Shown piece after piece: positions 1-11,828 of a stretch of DNA of 64,000 bases. The notes under the pieces are model-generated. The model was not told the origin of the DNA, did not search any database, and saw only the letters and a list, made by a program, of their open reading frames with translations. Position 1 is the stretch's first letter. Every line of letters begins with the position of its first letter. The DNA is from Candidatus Latescibacterota bacterium (lineage in GTDB: Bacteria > Latescibacterota > UBA2968 > UBA8231). The position numbers and the translations under genes are program-made. Location of the stretch: NCBI GenBank assembly GCA_965261395.1, contig OZ253462.1, positions 896,001 to 960,000 on the forward strand, in the 5' to 3' direction.

Positions 1-197
1 CTCGGATTTCCCTTTTCGGGTCGTTGAGATCTTCAAAACTACCTCCCCACACCGCCTCGTTTGAGGATCTCACTTGCGTTTCAAGATCACACTATTTGGT
101 CGCCACATGGCCGCCACACTCTAAATGAGTAAGCAGTCCATTTCGATATGGGCTGCTTTTTATTTTTATTTTTCTGCCGGTTCTTTCTTTATACGCC

Positions 198-1313
198 ATG
201 CGTATCTGTATGGTCGCCTTCACCGACCTGAATTTCGACTACCGCATCTACCGAGAGGCCACTTCGCTGCGCCGCGCTGGTCACCAAGTCGTCATTGTCG
301 CATCCTCTTTCAATCCGGCCCCTCTCAAGGGATGGGACGATTTTGAAATCTATCCGATTCTGCTAGACCGAAGCCGCTCACTGCGCCGCCTCTATCCCTT
401 ATTTTGGCAACGAGCCTATCCACTGCTTGTCGAGACCCATCCGGATGCCTATCACGCCCACGACCTAGATTCGCTCTGGCCAGCAGTGCGAGCTGCACAG
501 CGACTAAATCGGCCCCTCGTCTACGACGCGCACGAATTTTGGACCGAACAGTCTTCACTGGTCAATCGGCCGCTAATGAGATCCTGCTGGAGTTTGCTGG
601 AGCGGCGGCTGATACGTCGGGTAGATCGAATCATAACCGTCAGTGGGTCTATCGCCCAATCACTCAAGGAGCGCTACAGCCTTGACGAGGTTGTTATTTT
701 GCGCAATTTGCCGCTATTCCGCCATAAGGTCCAAAGCAACCTGATACGCGAAACGCTGGACCTACCCGCTGAGCGCCCTATTGTGCTCTACCAAGGAGGA
801 TTCCTCACCGAAAATGGCTTGCGCGAGCAAATTGAGGCCGCCGCTGGGTTTGCCGCCGCCTTAGTTTTGATTGGAGATGGGCCTAGCGAACAGGCCCTGC
901 GGAACCAAGTGCGCGCTGAGGGGCTAGAGGATCGGGTCTATTTTATTCCCCGAGTGCCCTTTCACCAACTTCACAATTATACTTGTTCGGCCGACTTGGG
1001 GCTGTGTCTAATCAAAGGCACGGGCAAGAGCTTCTACTACTCCCTACCCAACAAGCTCTTTGAATACATGATGGCCGGACTACCGATCCTAGCCAGCAAT
1101 TTTCCTGAAATGCAGCGCATCGTCCGCGAAACGCGTACCGGAGCTACGGTCGATCCAACCGATATAGCTGCCATTCGAGAGCAGATCACCGCTTTTTTGG
1201 ACAATGCAGAACAGCGAGAAGCCTGTGCCCAGGCAAGTTTGCAGGCGGCACGGCGCTATAACTGGGAACGGGAAGCCGCTCAACTCACCCAGCTATACAC
1301 AACCCTAGCATGA
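198..1313 (+). CDS. GT4 (GT-B) family glycosyltransferase
   Basis: 371 aa; YHAHD and VYDAHE motifs, C-terminal PNKLFEYMMAGLPILASN typical of Glycos_transf_1. Confidence 0.9.
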   Translation: MRICMVAFTDLNFDYRIYREATSLRRAGHQVVIVASSFNPAPLKGWDDFEIYPILLDRSRSLRRLYPLFWQRAYPLLVETHPDAYHAHDLDSLWPAVRAAQRLNRPLVYDAHEFWTEQSSLVNRPLMRSCWSLLERRLIRRVDRIITVSGSIAQSLKERYSLDEVVILRNLPLFRHKVQSNLIRETLDLPAERPIVLYQGGFLTENGLREQIEAAAGFAAALVLIGDGPSEQALRNQVRAEGLEDRVYFIPRVPFHQLHNYTCSADLGLCLIKGTGKSFYYSLPNKLFEYMMAGLPILASNFPEMQRIVRETRTGATVDPTDIAAIREQITAFLDNAEQREACAQASLQAARRYNWEREAAQLTQLYTTLA

Positions 1314-2254
1314 GTACCCCGCTGACGCTCAGCGTCGTAATGCCTACCTATGACGAGCCTGAACGCCTCGAAGCAGCGCTTAAGAGTCTATCGCAGCAAG
1401 ATTATCCTCACGAGGCGATCCAAATCATCGTTGTAGACGACGCCTCCCCCTACTTGGATACCGAGCGACTGCAAGCGGCGGTAGCGCCCTTACAATTGCT
1501 GCTGCTTCGCAACGAACAGAATCAGGGACGCGCCCGGGCGCGCAACGCAGCACTTCGGATTGCCAGCGGCGATATCGTCGTCTTTCTCGACAGCGACATG
1601 ACCGTCGGCACGAATTTTCTCCGCGCCCATGCCCAACGGCATCAAAACCATGCGGAAGCCGTTTTTATCGGCAACATCCGCTTTGCCAGTGGAATTCCCG
1701 CCACCTCCCTGACCCGCTATCTCGAAGGAAGGGGGGTCCACAGGGTCGACGCGGATAAGCCCATACCTTTCAAGTGCTTCGTCACCGGCAATTCCTCGGT
1801 TCGCTGGTCGTCCCTGCTCCGCGTGGGTTTTTTCGACGAGGATCTCACTGCTTATGGCGGCGAAGATCTGGAATTGGGGTACCGCCTCCATTTGGCGGGT
1901 ATTCCGCTTTACTATGCCCCTGAAGCCCTGTCCTACCACTATCACTTGCGTTCATTGGAGCCGCTCTGCCGTCTAATGCAAACCTATGGCAGCAAGTCAA
2001 TCCCCATCCTTTTACACAAACACCCTGAACTTGACGCCGTACTCCGTCTGGACTTTATCAGGGCCTCTGGACTTTCTCCTTGGCAGCTCGCGCTCCGGCT
2101 AGCCCTGTTGTCGCCGATTCACTATCCAATCCGCTGGTTGACCCGCTGGCTTGTGAAAAGCTATGTCCCGGATCTGGTCTTTAGTTATTTGTTCTGGTCC
2201 AGCCGCACTCGGGGTTATCTACAGGCGATTGCCCATTCAAAGGCTACTTGCTAA
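1310..2254 (+). CDS. GT2 family glycosyltransferase
   Basis: SVVMPTY, IIVVDDAS, ARN, FLDSD (DxD), GGEDLELGYRL; ATGA overlap with the GT4 gene. Confidence 0.9.
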   Translation: MSTPLTLSVVMPTYDEPERLEAALKSLSQQDYPHEAIQIIVVDDASPYLDTERLQAAVAPLQLLLLRNEQNQGRARARNAALRIASGDIVVFLDSDMTVGTNFLRAHAQRHQNHAEAVFIGNIRFASGIPATSLTRYLEGRGVHRVDADKPIPFKCFVTGNSSVRWSSLLRVGFFDEDLTAYGGEDLELGYRLHLAGIPLYYAPEALSYHYHLRSLEPLCRLMQTYGSKSIPILLHKHPELDAVLRLDFIRASGLSPWQLALRLALLSPIHYPIRWLTRWLVKSYVPDLVFSYLFWSSRTRGYLQAIAHSKATC

Positions 2255-2323
2255 TCACCTAGTAGCTTCTGTAAAAGAATAACGACTCAAATTACATACA
2301 AATACCGGAGAACCCCTAGCCTT

Positions 2324-3154
2324 ATGTATGCTCACTATCCCCGATTCTCCCAGATTCTCCGCGTAGCCCTACCTGCTCTCCTGCTGGCCCACTTCGTGGT
2401 TTGGCCCGTCGTCGGTCTTTTGTCCCTACATGCTGGTATTATTGCCGCCGAATGTACCATTCTGTGGTTTGTGGCCCTTTATATCCGTCGTCACCACTTA
2501 ATCGCCGAAGATCTTCTTCTGTTCAACGCCGCGCCAGCTAGGACCTTGTTGCTGACAATCCCGGTGACTATTTGCTGTAGCCTCGTAGTCGCCGAATTCG
2601 ACTTGTATCTGGCCTATCTTCTCGGCCGGATAGACCTATCTATGCCGTTACCCTTTCAGAAAAACCTGCTGGAGATTCAGATTCTCCGCGGACTGACGGA
2701 CGTCCCGAAGGGACTGGTAACGCTAGTGCTAGCCCCTGTGCTTTGCGAGGAGCCTCTCTTCCGCGGACTTGTACTCACCAGTCTTTACGCCCATCATGGG
2801 CCACGCTGGGCGCTAGGCGGCTCGGCCCTGCTCTTCGCCGTTTCGCACTTCAACCCTTGGCAGCTGATCCCCCTCTTTCTCTTTGGACTCTTCCTCGGTG
2901 CTTTAGTCTACTGGACTCACAGCATCTATCCCGCCATGCTCGCCCACGCGGTCAACAACTTGGCTTCGATAACTGGGATCAACTTGCGCACTTACTTAGG
3001 CATAGATGGCCTAGGCCCCTCCCAACATCTCCCCATGCCCTTGGCCCTGCTCGCCGGCCTAATCCTGCTTGTCGGCCTCCTGATTCTCTGCCGCCAACCC
3101 GCCATTATGCCGCTGCTGACTAAAAGGGAATGCTCTCCGCCCGATTATACTTGA
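2324..3154 (+). CDS. CPBP (CAAX protease/Abi) family intramembrane glutamic endopeptidase
   Basis: Hydrophobic protein with EExxFRG, FAVSH and HAVNN motifs. Confidence 0.88.
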   Translation: MYAHYPRFSQILRVALPALLLAHFVVWPVVGLLSLHAGIIAAECTILWFVALYIRRHHLIAEDLLLFNAAPARTLLLTIPVTICCSLVVAEFDLYLAYLLGRIDLSMPLPFQKNLLEIQILRGLTDVPKGLVTLVLAPVLCEEPLFRGLVLTSLYAHHGPRWALGGSALLFAVSHFNPWQLIPLFLFGLFLGALVYWTHSIYPAMLAHAVNNLASITGINLRTYLGIDGLGPSQHLPMPLALLAGLILLVGLLILCRQPAIMPLLTKRECSPPDYT

Positions 3155-3190
3155 ACTGTTGGAGACACTTGCAGAAAAAACGTTTCCCAA

Positions 3191-4060
3191 TCAACTCAGC
3201 ACCTTCTCCACCGTTTCCCCAATTTCTGCAGGACTCTCACAGATGTGAATCCCCGCTTCCTGCATCGCCGCCATCTTGTCCTCAGCCGTCCCCTTACCAC
3301 CTGAAATAATAGCTCCTGCATGTCCCATCCGCCGCCCCGGAGGTGCCGTTCGCCCCGCAGTAAAGCCAATAACGGGCTTGTCGTAGCATTCTTTGATATA
3401 GGCGGCCGCTTCTTCTTCAGCCGTGCCGCCGATCTCGCCGATCATCACTACTGCATCGGTCTCGGGATCGTCCTTAAAGAGTGCCAGCGCGTCCACGAAG
3501 CGCGTACCAATGATGGGGTCGCCGCCAATGCCGATGGCTGTAGACTGGCCTAGGCCCCGCTCAGTAAGCTGCTCTACGGCTTCATAGGTCAGCGTTCCAC
3601 TGCGCGAGATAATGCCCACTCGACCTGGCTGGTGAATAAAGTCGGGCATAATGCCGGTCTTGCACTTCCCCGGCGAGATGATGCCAGGACAATTAGGCCC
3701 GATCAGCCGAGTAGAGCGCGCCTGTACATAATGGTAGGCTTTAACCATGTCGCCCACGGGAATATTTTCGCTGATACAGATGACTAGCTCTATGCCAACA
3801 TCGGCCGCTTCCATGATCGCGTCGGCGGCAAAGGGGGCTGGCACAAAAATGATCGAAGCATTGGCACCGGAGGCCTCGACGCCTTCGGCGACCGTGTTAA
3901 ACACTGGAACTCCTTCAAATTCTTGGCCCCCTTTGCCTGGTGTTGCTCCTCCGACCACTTTCGTGCCGTACTCCAACATTTGGCGAGTGTGAAAAGATCC
4001 CTCCGACCCAGTAATTGCCTGTACGAAGACCTTGGTGTTTTCGTCGATTAAAACGCTCAT
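3191..4060 (-). CDS. sucD: Succinyl-CoA synthetase alpha subunit
   Basis: [11 protein letters not shown] start at 4060; [23 protein letters not shown] (phospho-His). Confidence 0.97.
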   Translation of the reverse strand: MSVLIDENTKVFVQAITGSEGSFHTRQMLEYGTKVVGGATPGKGGQEFEGVPVFNTVAEGVEASGANASIIFVPAPFAADAIMEAADVGIELVICISENIPVGDMVKAYHYVQARSTRLIGPNCPGIISPGKCKTGIMPDFIHQPGRVGIISRSGTLTYEAVEQLTERGLGQSTAIGIGGDPIIGTRFVDALALFKDDPETDAVVMIGEIGGTAEEEAAAYIKECYDKPVIGFTAGRTAPPGRRMGHAGAIISGGKGTAEDKMAAMQEAGIHICESPAEIGETVEKVLS

Positions 4061-4073
4061 TTCTGTATTCCCC

Positions 4074-5231
<1,158 letters not shown>

Positions 5232-5393
5232 GAGCATTATCTTCTAATAGGTGGAAGGTAAAAGAGTACAAAAACCCCTCTCTACCAGCAAGGCACCCTA
5301 GGGCGCGGCAAGAGCACGTGCCAAAAGGGCTGTCGATCGTCGGAAAAGTCCCGTACTATTCAGCCATATCCAAAGACCCCGAGGAGGTGCCTG

Positions 5394-6146
5394 GTGAAAA
5401 TCTTGTTAGTCGGCGGGGCCGGCCACGTCGGCACCTGCACTACTCCCTACCTTAAACGCCATCACGACCTGCGCGTATTGGACATCGCCAAGCCGCAACA
5501 TGAGGTCGAATACATCGAAGGCTCTATCGCCGACCCGGAGGCCCTCGCTTGCGCCCTAGACGGAGTGGATGCCTTCATCAACATGACCATGAAGAGCGGC
5601 CAAGGCGGCCTCGACAGCCACCAGACCGAGGCCCAGATCGTCGACAACTACACGGTCAACTGTCTGGGACTGCACCTGCTCCTGTACACAGCTTGGCGGC
5701 TAGGGATCAAAAAAGGCCTCCACACTTCGACCATGAGCGCCCACTACCGCGCCCGCTCCTATTATCCGTCCGAGGAGGAAGTGCCGCTCGATGGCCCTAG
5801 TGTGTACGGCTTCACTAAGGGGCTAGCCGAGGGCATTTGCCGCTACTTCGCCCGCCAATTTGACCTGAACTTGGCGGTCCTGCGCATTACCGGTCCGCGC
5901 ACCCGGGAGCAATTCCTAGAACAAGCCAAGAATCCACCGCATTATCCCCCCGGTGGCCTTTATTTTACCGACGAGGAAGACTTGGCTAAGGCCTATCTAG
6001 CCGCTCTAGACTACGCATGCACAGGCCATGGCCGCTGCGACGTCTTCTTCATATCGGGCGACGCCGACCACCGCGAGATGAACATGTCCAAAGCACGAGC
6101 CGTCTTGGGCTGGGAGCCTAAATCGCACCTGATGTTGGAGAAGTGA
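5394..6146 (+). CDS. NAD-dependent epimerase/dehydratase (extended SDR)
   Basis: GGAGHVG Rossmann motif, YGFTK (YxxxK); GAGGAGG SD upstream of GTG. Confidence 0.85.
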   Translation: MKILLVGGAGHVGTCTTPYLKRHHDLRVLDIAKPQHEVEYIEGSIADPEALACALDGVDAFINMTMKSGQGGLDSHQTEAQIVDNYTVNCLGLHLLLYTAWRLGIKKGLHTSTMSAHYRARSYYPSEEEVPLDGPSVYGFTKGLAEGICRYFARQFDLNLAVLRITGPRTREQFLEQAKNPPHYPPGGLYFTDEEDLAKAYLAALDYACTGHGRCDVFFISGDADHREMNMSKARAVLGWEPKSHLMLEK

Positions 6147-6229
6147 GAATCACAAGCGGATAATGCACCCAGGGACTGCAAACTCCTGAACCAGATCGGC
6201 CAGGGCCTGCAATCGCTAGGCACGAAGTC

Positions 6230-6263
6230 AAAAAAACAGGCCCAACCATGCCGGTAGAGCCTG
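6230..6263 (-). terminator. Rho-independent terminator of rplU-rpmA
   Basis: Minus strand CAGGCTCTACC-ggcat-GGTTGGGCCTG followed by T7. Confidence 0.7.
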
Positions 6264-6310
6264 CCTCAATACTGTGGATTACTCGCTTTGTAATTTATTA
6301 ACGCATCTTC

Positions 6311-6565
6311 TCAGGCGGCGTAGACGCTCACCCGCTTGCCTTTCTTGCCAAAGGCCTCAAACTTCACCTGCCCGTCAATCGTAGCGAAGAGCGTATCGTC
6401 CCCGCCCTTCTTGACGTTGACGCCCGGGTGAATGCGCGTGCCGCGTTGCCGCACGATAATCGTGCCCGCGCTGACCTTCTCTCCACCAAAGCGCTTAACG
6501 CCCAAACGCTGGGCATTGCTATCGCGCCCGTTTTTAGAACTGCCGACGCCCTTTTTATGAGCCAT
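6311..6565 (-). CDS. rpmA: 50S ribosomal protein L27
   Basis: [16 protein letters not shown]...GTIIVRQRG. Confidence 0.98.
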   Translation of the reverse strand: MAHKKGVGSSKNGRDSNAQRLGVKRFGGEKVSAGTIIVRQRGTRIHPGVNVKKGGDDTLFATIDGQVKFEAFGKKGKRVSVYAA

Positions 6566-6583
6566 TACCTAGTCCTTTCGCAC

Positions 6584-6901
6584 TCAGTTCGGAAGAACGA
6601 TGCCCTCGACCCGAATCTCGGTGTAGTCCTGGCGGTGACCCGTGCGCCGCCGGTACTTCTTGCGCCGCTTCTTCTTGAAAACGACGATCTTGTCGCCGCG
6701 GCCATGACCGACAATCGTCGCCGAAACACTGGCCCCCTCGACCGTGGGGCTGCCAACCCTGGTCTCGTCATCACCGGAAACTAGCAGTACGTCGGTAAAT
6801 TCCTGTGTGCTACCTTCTTCGGCCTGAAGCCGGGGTACGCGCAGACACTGGCCTTTGTCGACTTTGACCTGATGGCCGGCGATATTGACAACTGCATACA
6901 T
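6584..6901 (-). CDS. rplU: 50S ribosomal protein L21
   Basis: MYAVV start at 6901 after GGAG; KKKRRKKYRRRTGHRQ. Confidence 0.97.
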   Translation of the reverse strand: MYAVVNIAGHQVKVDKGQCLRVPRLQAEEGSTQEFTDVLLVSGDDETRVGSPTVEGASVSATIVGHGRGDKIVVFKKKRRKKYRRRTGHRQDYTEIRVEGIVLPN

Positions 6902-6977
6902 GAATTGCACTCCTACGCTAAGACTGTTTTGCAATCAACCAAGAAGCTTTTAAAGATATGGGCCGGAATTTTTTCTG

Positions 6978-8501
6978 TCAAACCCGAAACTCGGCCGTCA
7001 CATCCAAGCTGCGCTTGGTCGAGAAGATGCGATAGTCTTGGGGACCCAAAGTGGTGTCGGTCTCAATTTGGAGGCGAGCTTTGGTCGCCTTGCGCAACGA
7101 CTTGAGCCGCTCCTCGCGGTTTTCTAGCATATAGGTGGCCACATCGGGATGGACCTTTAACACGTAGCGCCTTTCGCGGGTGGCAGCATAGGAACGCTGA
7201 AGCCAGCGCTCAATCCAAGTCAGGGTTGTGTCTGGCCCCATAATCCGGCCCGTGCCGCTGCAAATGGGACAAGGCTCGCTATGCGTGTGCAAAAGGTTTG
7301 GACGGACGCGCTGGCGAGTCATTTCGACCAAGCCAAACTCGCTTATGTGCGGGCTGATCGAGACCCTCGCTCGATCCCGTTTGAACTCCTCGACCAAGCA
7401 GTCAACAACCTTTTTGCGGTTGCGCTCATCGTTCATGTCGATGAAGTCGATGACGATGATGCCGCCAATGTCGCGGAGCTTGAGCTGGCGGGCTATCTCA
7501 CGGGCTGCCTTCAGGTTGGTATTGAGGTTGTTTTCCTCCTGATCGTCCGAGCCGAGGTAACGGGCTGAATTCACATCGATAAAGGTCCCCGCCTCGGCGT
7601 AGTCGATGACCAAGGCACCGCCCTGCCGCAACCACACGGTGCGGTTGGTCGCCTTCTCGATATCTTCCTCAATGTTGAAGGCGTCGAAAATGGGCCGACG
7701 ATCGCGGTAAAACTCAACCCTTTGGCGCAATTCAGGTGAAACTTGTCGCAAATAAGCCGTAATCTCCTTGTACAACTCTTTGCTATCGACGACTAGCCGT
7801 TCCACATTGTCAGTGAACAGGTCGCGTATTACGCTGGAGGTCATGCCCATTTCCTTGTACACTAAGGCAGGCGCCTCGACCTTCCTGCTGGTCTTGATCA
7901 GACGCCCGTGGTTTTTCACTAGCTGCTTCATATCGCGTTTGAACTCGCGATCACTCTGATTTTGTCCTTCGGTCCGCACGATTACCGAATAGCCGTCGGG
8001 TTTGATTTTGAAGACCAGGTCTCTCAATCTTTTGCGTTCGTTCCGACTGACGATCTTGCGCGAGACACCAACCCAGTTTCCTCCCGGAACCAGCACCATA
8101 AAACGACCCGGAAGCGATAGCTGAGTTGTCACACGAGCACCTTTAGTGCCGATCGGCTCTTTGGTGATCTGCACCAGCACCTCTTCGCCCTTCTTGATCA
8201 GGTTTTGAATAGAAGGATAACCGCGATGGCGAGAGCGGCGCCCGTTGCGCGCCCCATCGGTCTCGTCTCTATCTGCTTCCACCATATCGCGCACCTGGAG
8301 GAACGCGGTGCGGTCTTGGCCAATTTCGACAAATGCGGCCTGCAGCCCGGGCAAAACGGCCGTTGCGACCCCTTTGTATACGTCTCCTACCGTTCGCTCA
8401 TTCTCGGGTCTTTCGACCCAGACTTCAGCTAGACGCCCTTCTTCCAAGATGGCAATGCGGGATTCGTGGATACCTTGGTTAATAAAAATTTCTGTTTGCA
8501 C
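6978..8501 (-). CDS. rng: Ribonuclease E/G family (RNase G-sized)
   Basis: S1 domain (LPGLQAAFVEIG), IDVNS, RDIGGIIVIDFIDM, CPICSGTG Zn-link. Confidence 0.92.
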   Translation of the reverse strand: MQTEIFINQGIHESRIAILEEGRLAEVWVERPENERTVGDVYKGVATAVLPGLQAAFVEIGQDRTAFLQVRDMVEADRDETDGARNGRRSRHRGYPSIQNLIKKGEEVLVQITKEPIGTKGARVTTQLSLPGRFMVLVPGGNWVGVSRKIVSRNERKRLRDLVFKIKPDGYSVIVRTEGQNQSDREFKRDMKQLVKNHGRLIKTSRKVEAPALVYKEMGMTSSVIRDLFTDNVERLVVDSKELYKEITAYLRQVSPELRQRVEFYRDRRPIFDAFNIEEDIEKATNRTVWLRQGGALVIDYAEAGTFIDVNSARYLGSDDQEENNLNTNLKAAREIARQLKLRDIGGIIVIDFIDMNDERNRKKVVDCLVEEFKRDRARVSISPHISEFGLVEMTRQRVRPNLLHTHSEPCPICSGTGRIMGPDTTLTWIERWLQRSYAATRERRYVLKVHPDVATYMLENREERLKSLRKATKARLQIETDTTLGPQDYRIFSTKRSLDVTAEFRV

Positions 8502-8566
8502 GATAAGCCCTCATACTTATTTAGTAGTCATTATAGTATAGATTATTTTAATGCCTTGCTTATAGT

Positions 8567-10417
8567 TCACTTGGCTTCTTCCTGGGCCAATACCCCCCAA
8601 TACTGCTCTTGGTCTCCGAGCACTTCTATAGCCTTCGCTAGCTGCACATCCTCCTGCAATTCTGCGAGGAGCTGGGCCTTTCTTCCTCTGAAACGCAAGA
8701 CTAGTTCTCGATGTAAAGCACTCTTTATATAAGGCGCTAACTTGCGGCTATACTGCTGCACCCACTCCTGCCCCACTGCTACTCGCAGTTGATGAAGCGA
8801 CTCCTGTGCCGCCGTACCCCAATCCATTTCCTCCGCCAAGTCCTCAAGTTCTTCTATTTGACTCAACCCTTTTGGGCCTTGATTCAGACTTCCGTCCTTA
8901 GTGCGGACGAATTTCATAAAGCTATTAACCATCTCATCGCTGACGGTCAAGCTAGGATGTTCCGCTGCCCAAGAAGAGTCGGCTGATACATAATCTATGA
9001 CAAAGTCAAAGAAGAGCCGACGACGCTCTAATTCTTGTACGTATGGGGGAAATGACTCTGGATCAATACTAATATCTGGCTTAATACCGCCGCCGCCGAA
9101 GACCTTGCGGCCTTGCTGAGTATAATAGGTTCGGTTTGCAATACTATCCGGCAATCCGTCCGCTCCTATCTTGGATTTACCTACCAAGTCGCCCAAACGG
9201 ATCAAGAGAATGCTCTCTGCGGACTCAGAATTCATATCAAAATGAGATTGGAGCGCAGAAAGGGCCTTAGCCCTATTCCCTGAACGCAAAACGAGGTCCA
9301 TCACTATCTGATGAGGCAGTTCTCTATCGCCGAACAGAACGCGATGCACCGGCCTAGCTATATTCTGTTCGCGGTGAATACTACGCCCACTTGGCGCGTA
9401 GTAGAGCGCCGTCGTCAGCTTCAGAGCACTAGACGCCTCTTCGCGTAAGTCGAATATGGTCTGTACCGAACCTTTGCCAAAGGACGCCCCCCCTATAATC
9501 ACTCCTCGATCGTTGTCTTGGATGGCTCCAGCAACGATTTCGGACGCGCTAGCGCTCCCCTCGTCAATCAGAACTACCAAGGGTATATCTCGCGCAATAG
9601 AGTGACGGTGGGAATACTTGACTTCTTCTCTCCGCCCTTCGCGTTCTTTAATAGAAACGATCGGCACCCCTTGGGGTAAAAACAAATCCGCAACTTGGGT
9701 GGCTTGACTAAACAGGCCCCCTGGATTTCCTCGCAGATCTAAAATTAGCCCTTCAACCCGAGGGAGGCTTTTTATAGCCTCTTCTACTTCACTAGAGGTT
9801 TGCTCGGAAAAACGCGTCCGGCGCATGCTTATATAACCGATTTTACCTTTGAGCTCCTCTACCAGCACAACGCTCTTGATTTTGATAATTTCCCTTTGAA
9901 TTTCAACTTCGCGTGGCGTTGCCCCCAAGTGGGTGGCGACCGAGATTGCGACCTTTGTGCCAGGGTCCCCCTGCAACGCATTGACCACACACTCAAGCTG
10001 CATATCCAGGGTACTCTTGCCTTCGACGGCGACGATCAAGTCGCCTGATCTCAGCCCTGCCCGAAAGGCAGGAGTATCCTCAATAGGGGAAATTACCACG
10101 GGAAAACGATCTTTTATGGCAACCGTAATCCCCAATCCCGTGAACTTGCCTGTAGTGTCTTGGCGCAACTGACGCAGAGCTTCCTCGTCGTAGAACTCGC
10201 TGTATGGATCGAGTTGGCCGAGCATGCCCTTGATGGCTGCGCTCATAACTTCCTCTTGGTCCAGACGGGCGTAATAATTTTCCAGAATGCGCGAATACAC
10301 TGCTCCGAAACGCTCCCAACTGGCATTTACCTCAGCATACGGATCTTCCGTAGTCGCAGCATGGATCGCGGCCCCACTGGCAAACAAAAAAATCAATCCC
10401 ACTAAGATGTGTCTCAT
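8567..10417 (-). CDS. ctpA: S41 carboxyl-terminal processing protease with PDZ domain
   Basis: Signal peptide, LDPYS, GLGITV (PDZ), DLRGNPGG, SASASEIVAG, FGKGSVQ. Confidence 0.9.
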   Translation of the reverse strand: MRHILVGLIFLFASGAAIHAATTEDPYAEVNASWERFGAVYSRILENYYARLDQEEVMSAAIKGMLGQLDPYSEFYDEEALRQLRQDTTGKFTGLGITVAIKDRFPVVISPIEDTPAFRAGLRSGDLIVAVEGKSTLDMQLECVVNALQGDPGTKVAISVATHLGATPREVEIQREIIKIKSVVLVEELKGKIGYISMRRTRFSEQTSSEVEEAIKSLPRVEGLILDLRGNPGGLFSQATQVADLFLPQGVPIVSIKEREGRREEVKYSHRHSIARDIPLVVLIDEGSASASEIVAGAIQDNDRGVIIGGASFGKGSVQTIFDLREEASSALKLTTALYYAPSGRSIHREQNIARPVHRVLFGDRELPHQIVMDLVLRSGNRAKALSALQSHFDMNSESAESILLIRLGDLVGKSKIGADGLPDSIANRTYYTQQGRKVFGGGGIKPDISIDPESFPPYVQELERRRLFFDFVIDYVSADSSWAAEHPSLTVSDEMVNSFMKFVRTKDGSLNQGPKGLSQIEELEDLAEEMDWGTAAQESLHQLRVAVGQEWVQQYSRKLAPYIKSALHRELVLRFRGRKAQLLAELQEDVQLAKAIEVLGDQEQYWGVLAQEEAK

Positions 10418-10419
10418 GG

Positions 10420-11079
10420 TTACTTTTTCTCCTCAGGAAACCACGACCACTGTCGGCGCAACGCGTCCCGGATTCTTTCGGCTAGCCGATCTATCTCGAG
10501 CTGCGCGTCAAAAACCAAACCTGCTGGATCTTTTTTGGCTATATCTTGGTAGCCTCGGGAAACCTTCTCTTGCAGTGCTATTCCTGTTTGCTCTAACCGA
10601 TCCACGACGTCCCGTCGCCTCAGGCGTGCCCAAGCCACTTCTGTGGGCAAGAGCAGATATATTGTCGCAGCCGGCAAACACTCCCCCACTGCCAGCCGAT
10701 TGACTTGTTTGATCACTTCCAGATCCAAACCGCGCCCATACCCCTGATAGGCTAGTGATGATGCAATATAGCGGTCACAAATAACCACATCTCCCCGCTT
10801 AAGCGACGGTAAGATCACCTCTTCTACATGCTGTGAACGACTGGCTGCGTAGAGGAAGAGTTCCGCCGTAGAGGATATACCCTCTAAGCTTGGATCGAGA
10901 ACAAGCTGGCGAATCCTCTCTGCGATCGGCGTCCCGCCTGGCTCTCTGGTCAGTGTAACCGGAAGACCCGCTTCCCTTAAATACGACGCCAGCACGTGGG
11001 ATTGGGTTGTAGTTCCACTTCCATCGACTCCCTCAAAAACGATGAAATGACCTCGGGACACGACGGCAGGAAAGCGCAA
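10420..11079 (-). CDS. tmk: Thymidylate kinase
   Basis: FIVFEGVDGSG, TREPGGT, ELFLYAASRSQH, CDRY, YQGYGRG. Confidence 0.95.
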   Translation of the reverse strand: MRFPAVVSRGHFIVFEGVDGSGTTTQSHVLASYLREAGLPVTLTREPGGTPIAERIRQLVLDPSLEGISSTAELFLYAASRSQHVEEVILPSLKRGDVVICDRYIASSLAYQGYGRGLDLEVIKQVNRLAVGECLPAATIYLLLPTEVAWARLRRRDVVDRLEQTGIALQEKVSRGYQDIAKKDPAGLVFDAQLEIDRLAERIRDALRRQWSWFPEEKK

Positions 11080-11100
11080 GAAAGCCCGATTAGCCCTTTA

Positions 11101-11718
11101 TCAGGACTGCTGGACTGAGGCGGGCGAATTGGGACCAGATTTCAGCCTATTGCGGATATGAGCGAGGCGCTCAACAACCGTATAGTTGGTCGTAACGGCC
11201 AATAAAACCAGCACAAAAACCAAACCTTGATGGCCCATCAGGCTCCCCACGGCCAAGGCAATTAGACGTTCCGGGCGCTGCATAAAGCCCACCTTACAAT
11301 CCTCACCCAGCCCCTCTGCACGAGCCCTTACATAACTAACCATCAGCGAACCAGTAATTGCAAAAAAGAGGATCCCCGAGGGAATCCACTCATCGCGGCC
11401 AATCAAATACGCACCTATTCCAAAATAAATAAATATCTCAGAGTATCGATCTGTAGTCGAATCCAATAAGGCTCCGAACTTGGTCTCCTTGTGGCCTTCC
11501 CTTGCAACCTGTCCATCCAAGATATCGCAGAGACCCGCAACCATCATAATGAGAGCCCCCAATTGTAAATAACCCTTAGCAAAAGCCGCAGTGGCCCCCA
11601 CGTTCATAACTAACCCCATCAGCGTCAGCCAATCCGGTCTGAAGCCCAAGCGAATAAATAAACGCGCCAACGGTCTAAGGACGACCAAAAACCACTTTTT
11701 CAGATATCTATCTAGCAA
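11101..11718 (-). CDS. CDP-alcohol phosphatidyltransferase (PgsA/PIP synthase-like)
   Basis: DILDGQVAR...GALLDSTTDR signature, SYVRARAE; start uncertain (TTG at 11718 chosen, ORF extends to 11811). Confidence 0.88.
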   Translation of the reverse strand: MLDRYLKKWFLVVLRPLARLFIRLGFRPDWLTLMGLVMNVGATAAFAKGYLQLGALIMMVAGLCDILDGQVAREGHKETKFGALLDSTTDRYSEIFIYFGIGAYLIGRDEWIPSGILFFAITGSLMVSYVRARAEGLGEDCKVGFMQRPERLIALAVGSLMGHQGLVFVLVLLAVTTNYTVVERLAHIRNRLKSGPNSPASVQQS

Positions 11719-11828
11719 AAAAGAACCTATTTGTAGAGGTAGGAGGTCATTGAGAACCTGTGTCCTCGATAACCAAGGAAAAATATACATTGTTTTTTTA
11801 GTTTTTTCCAAAAGATTTTACCTTAGAG

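Noticed and set aside
1-197. Possible tail of an upstream gene, and ORF 125..346
   Set aside because: No recognisable motif in the forward frames; the listed ORF overlaps the GT4 gene out of frame
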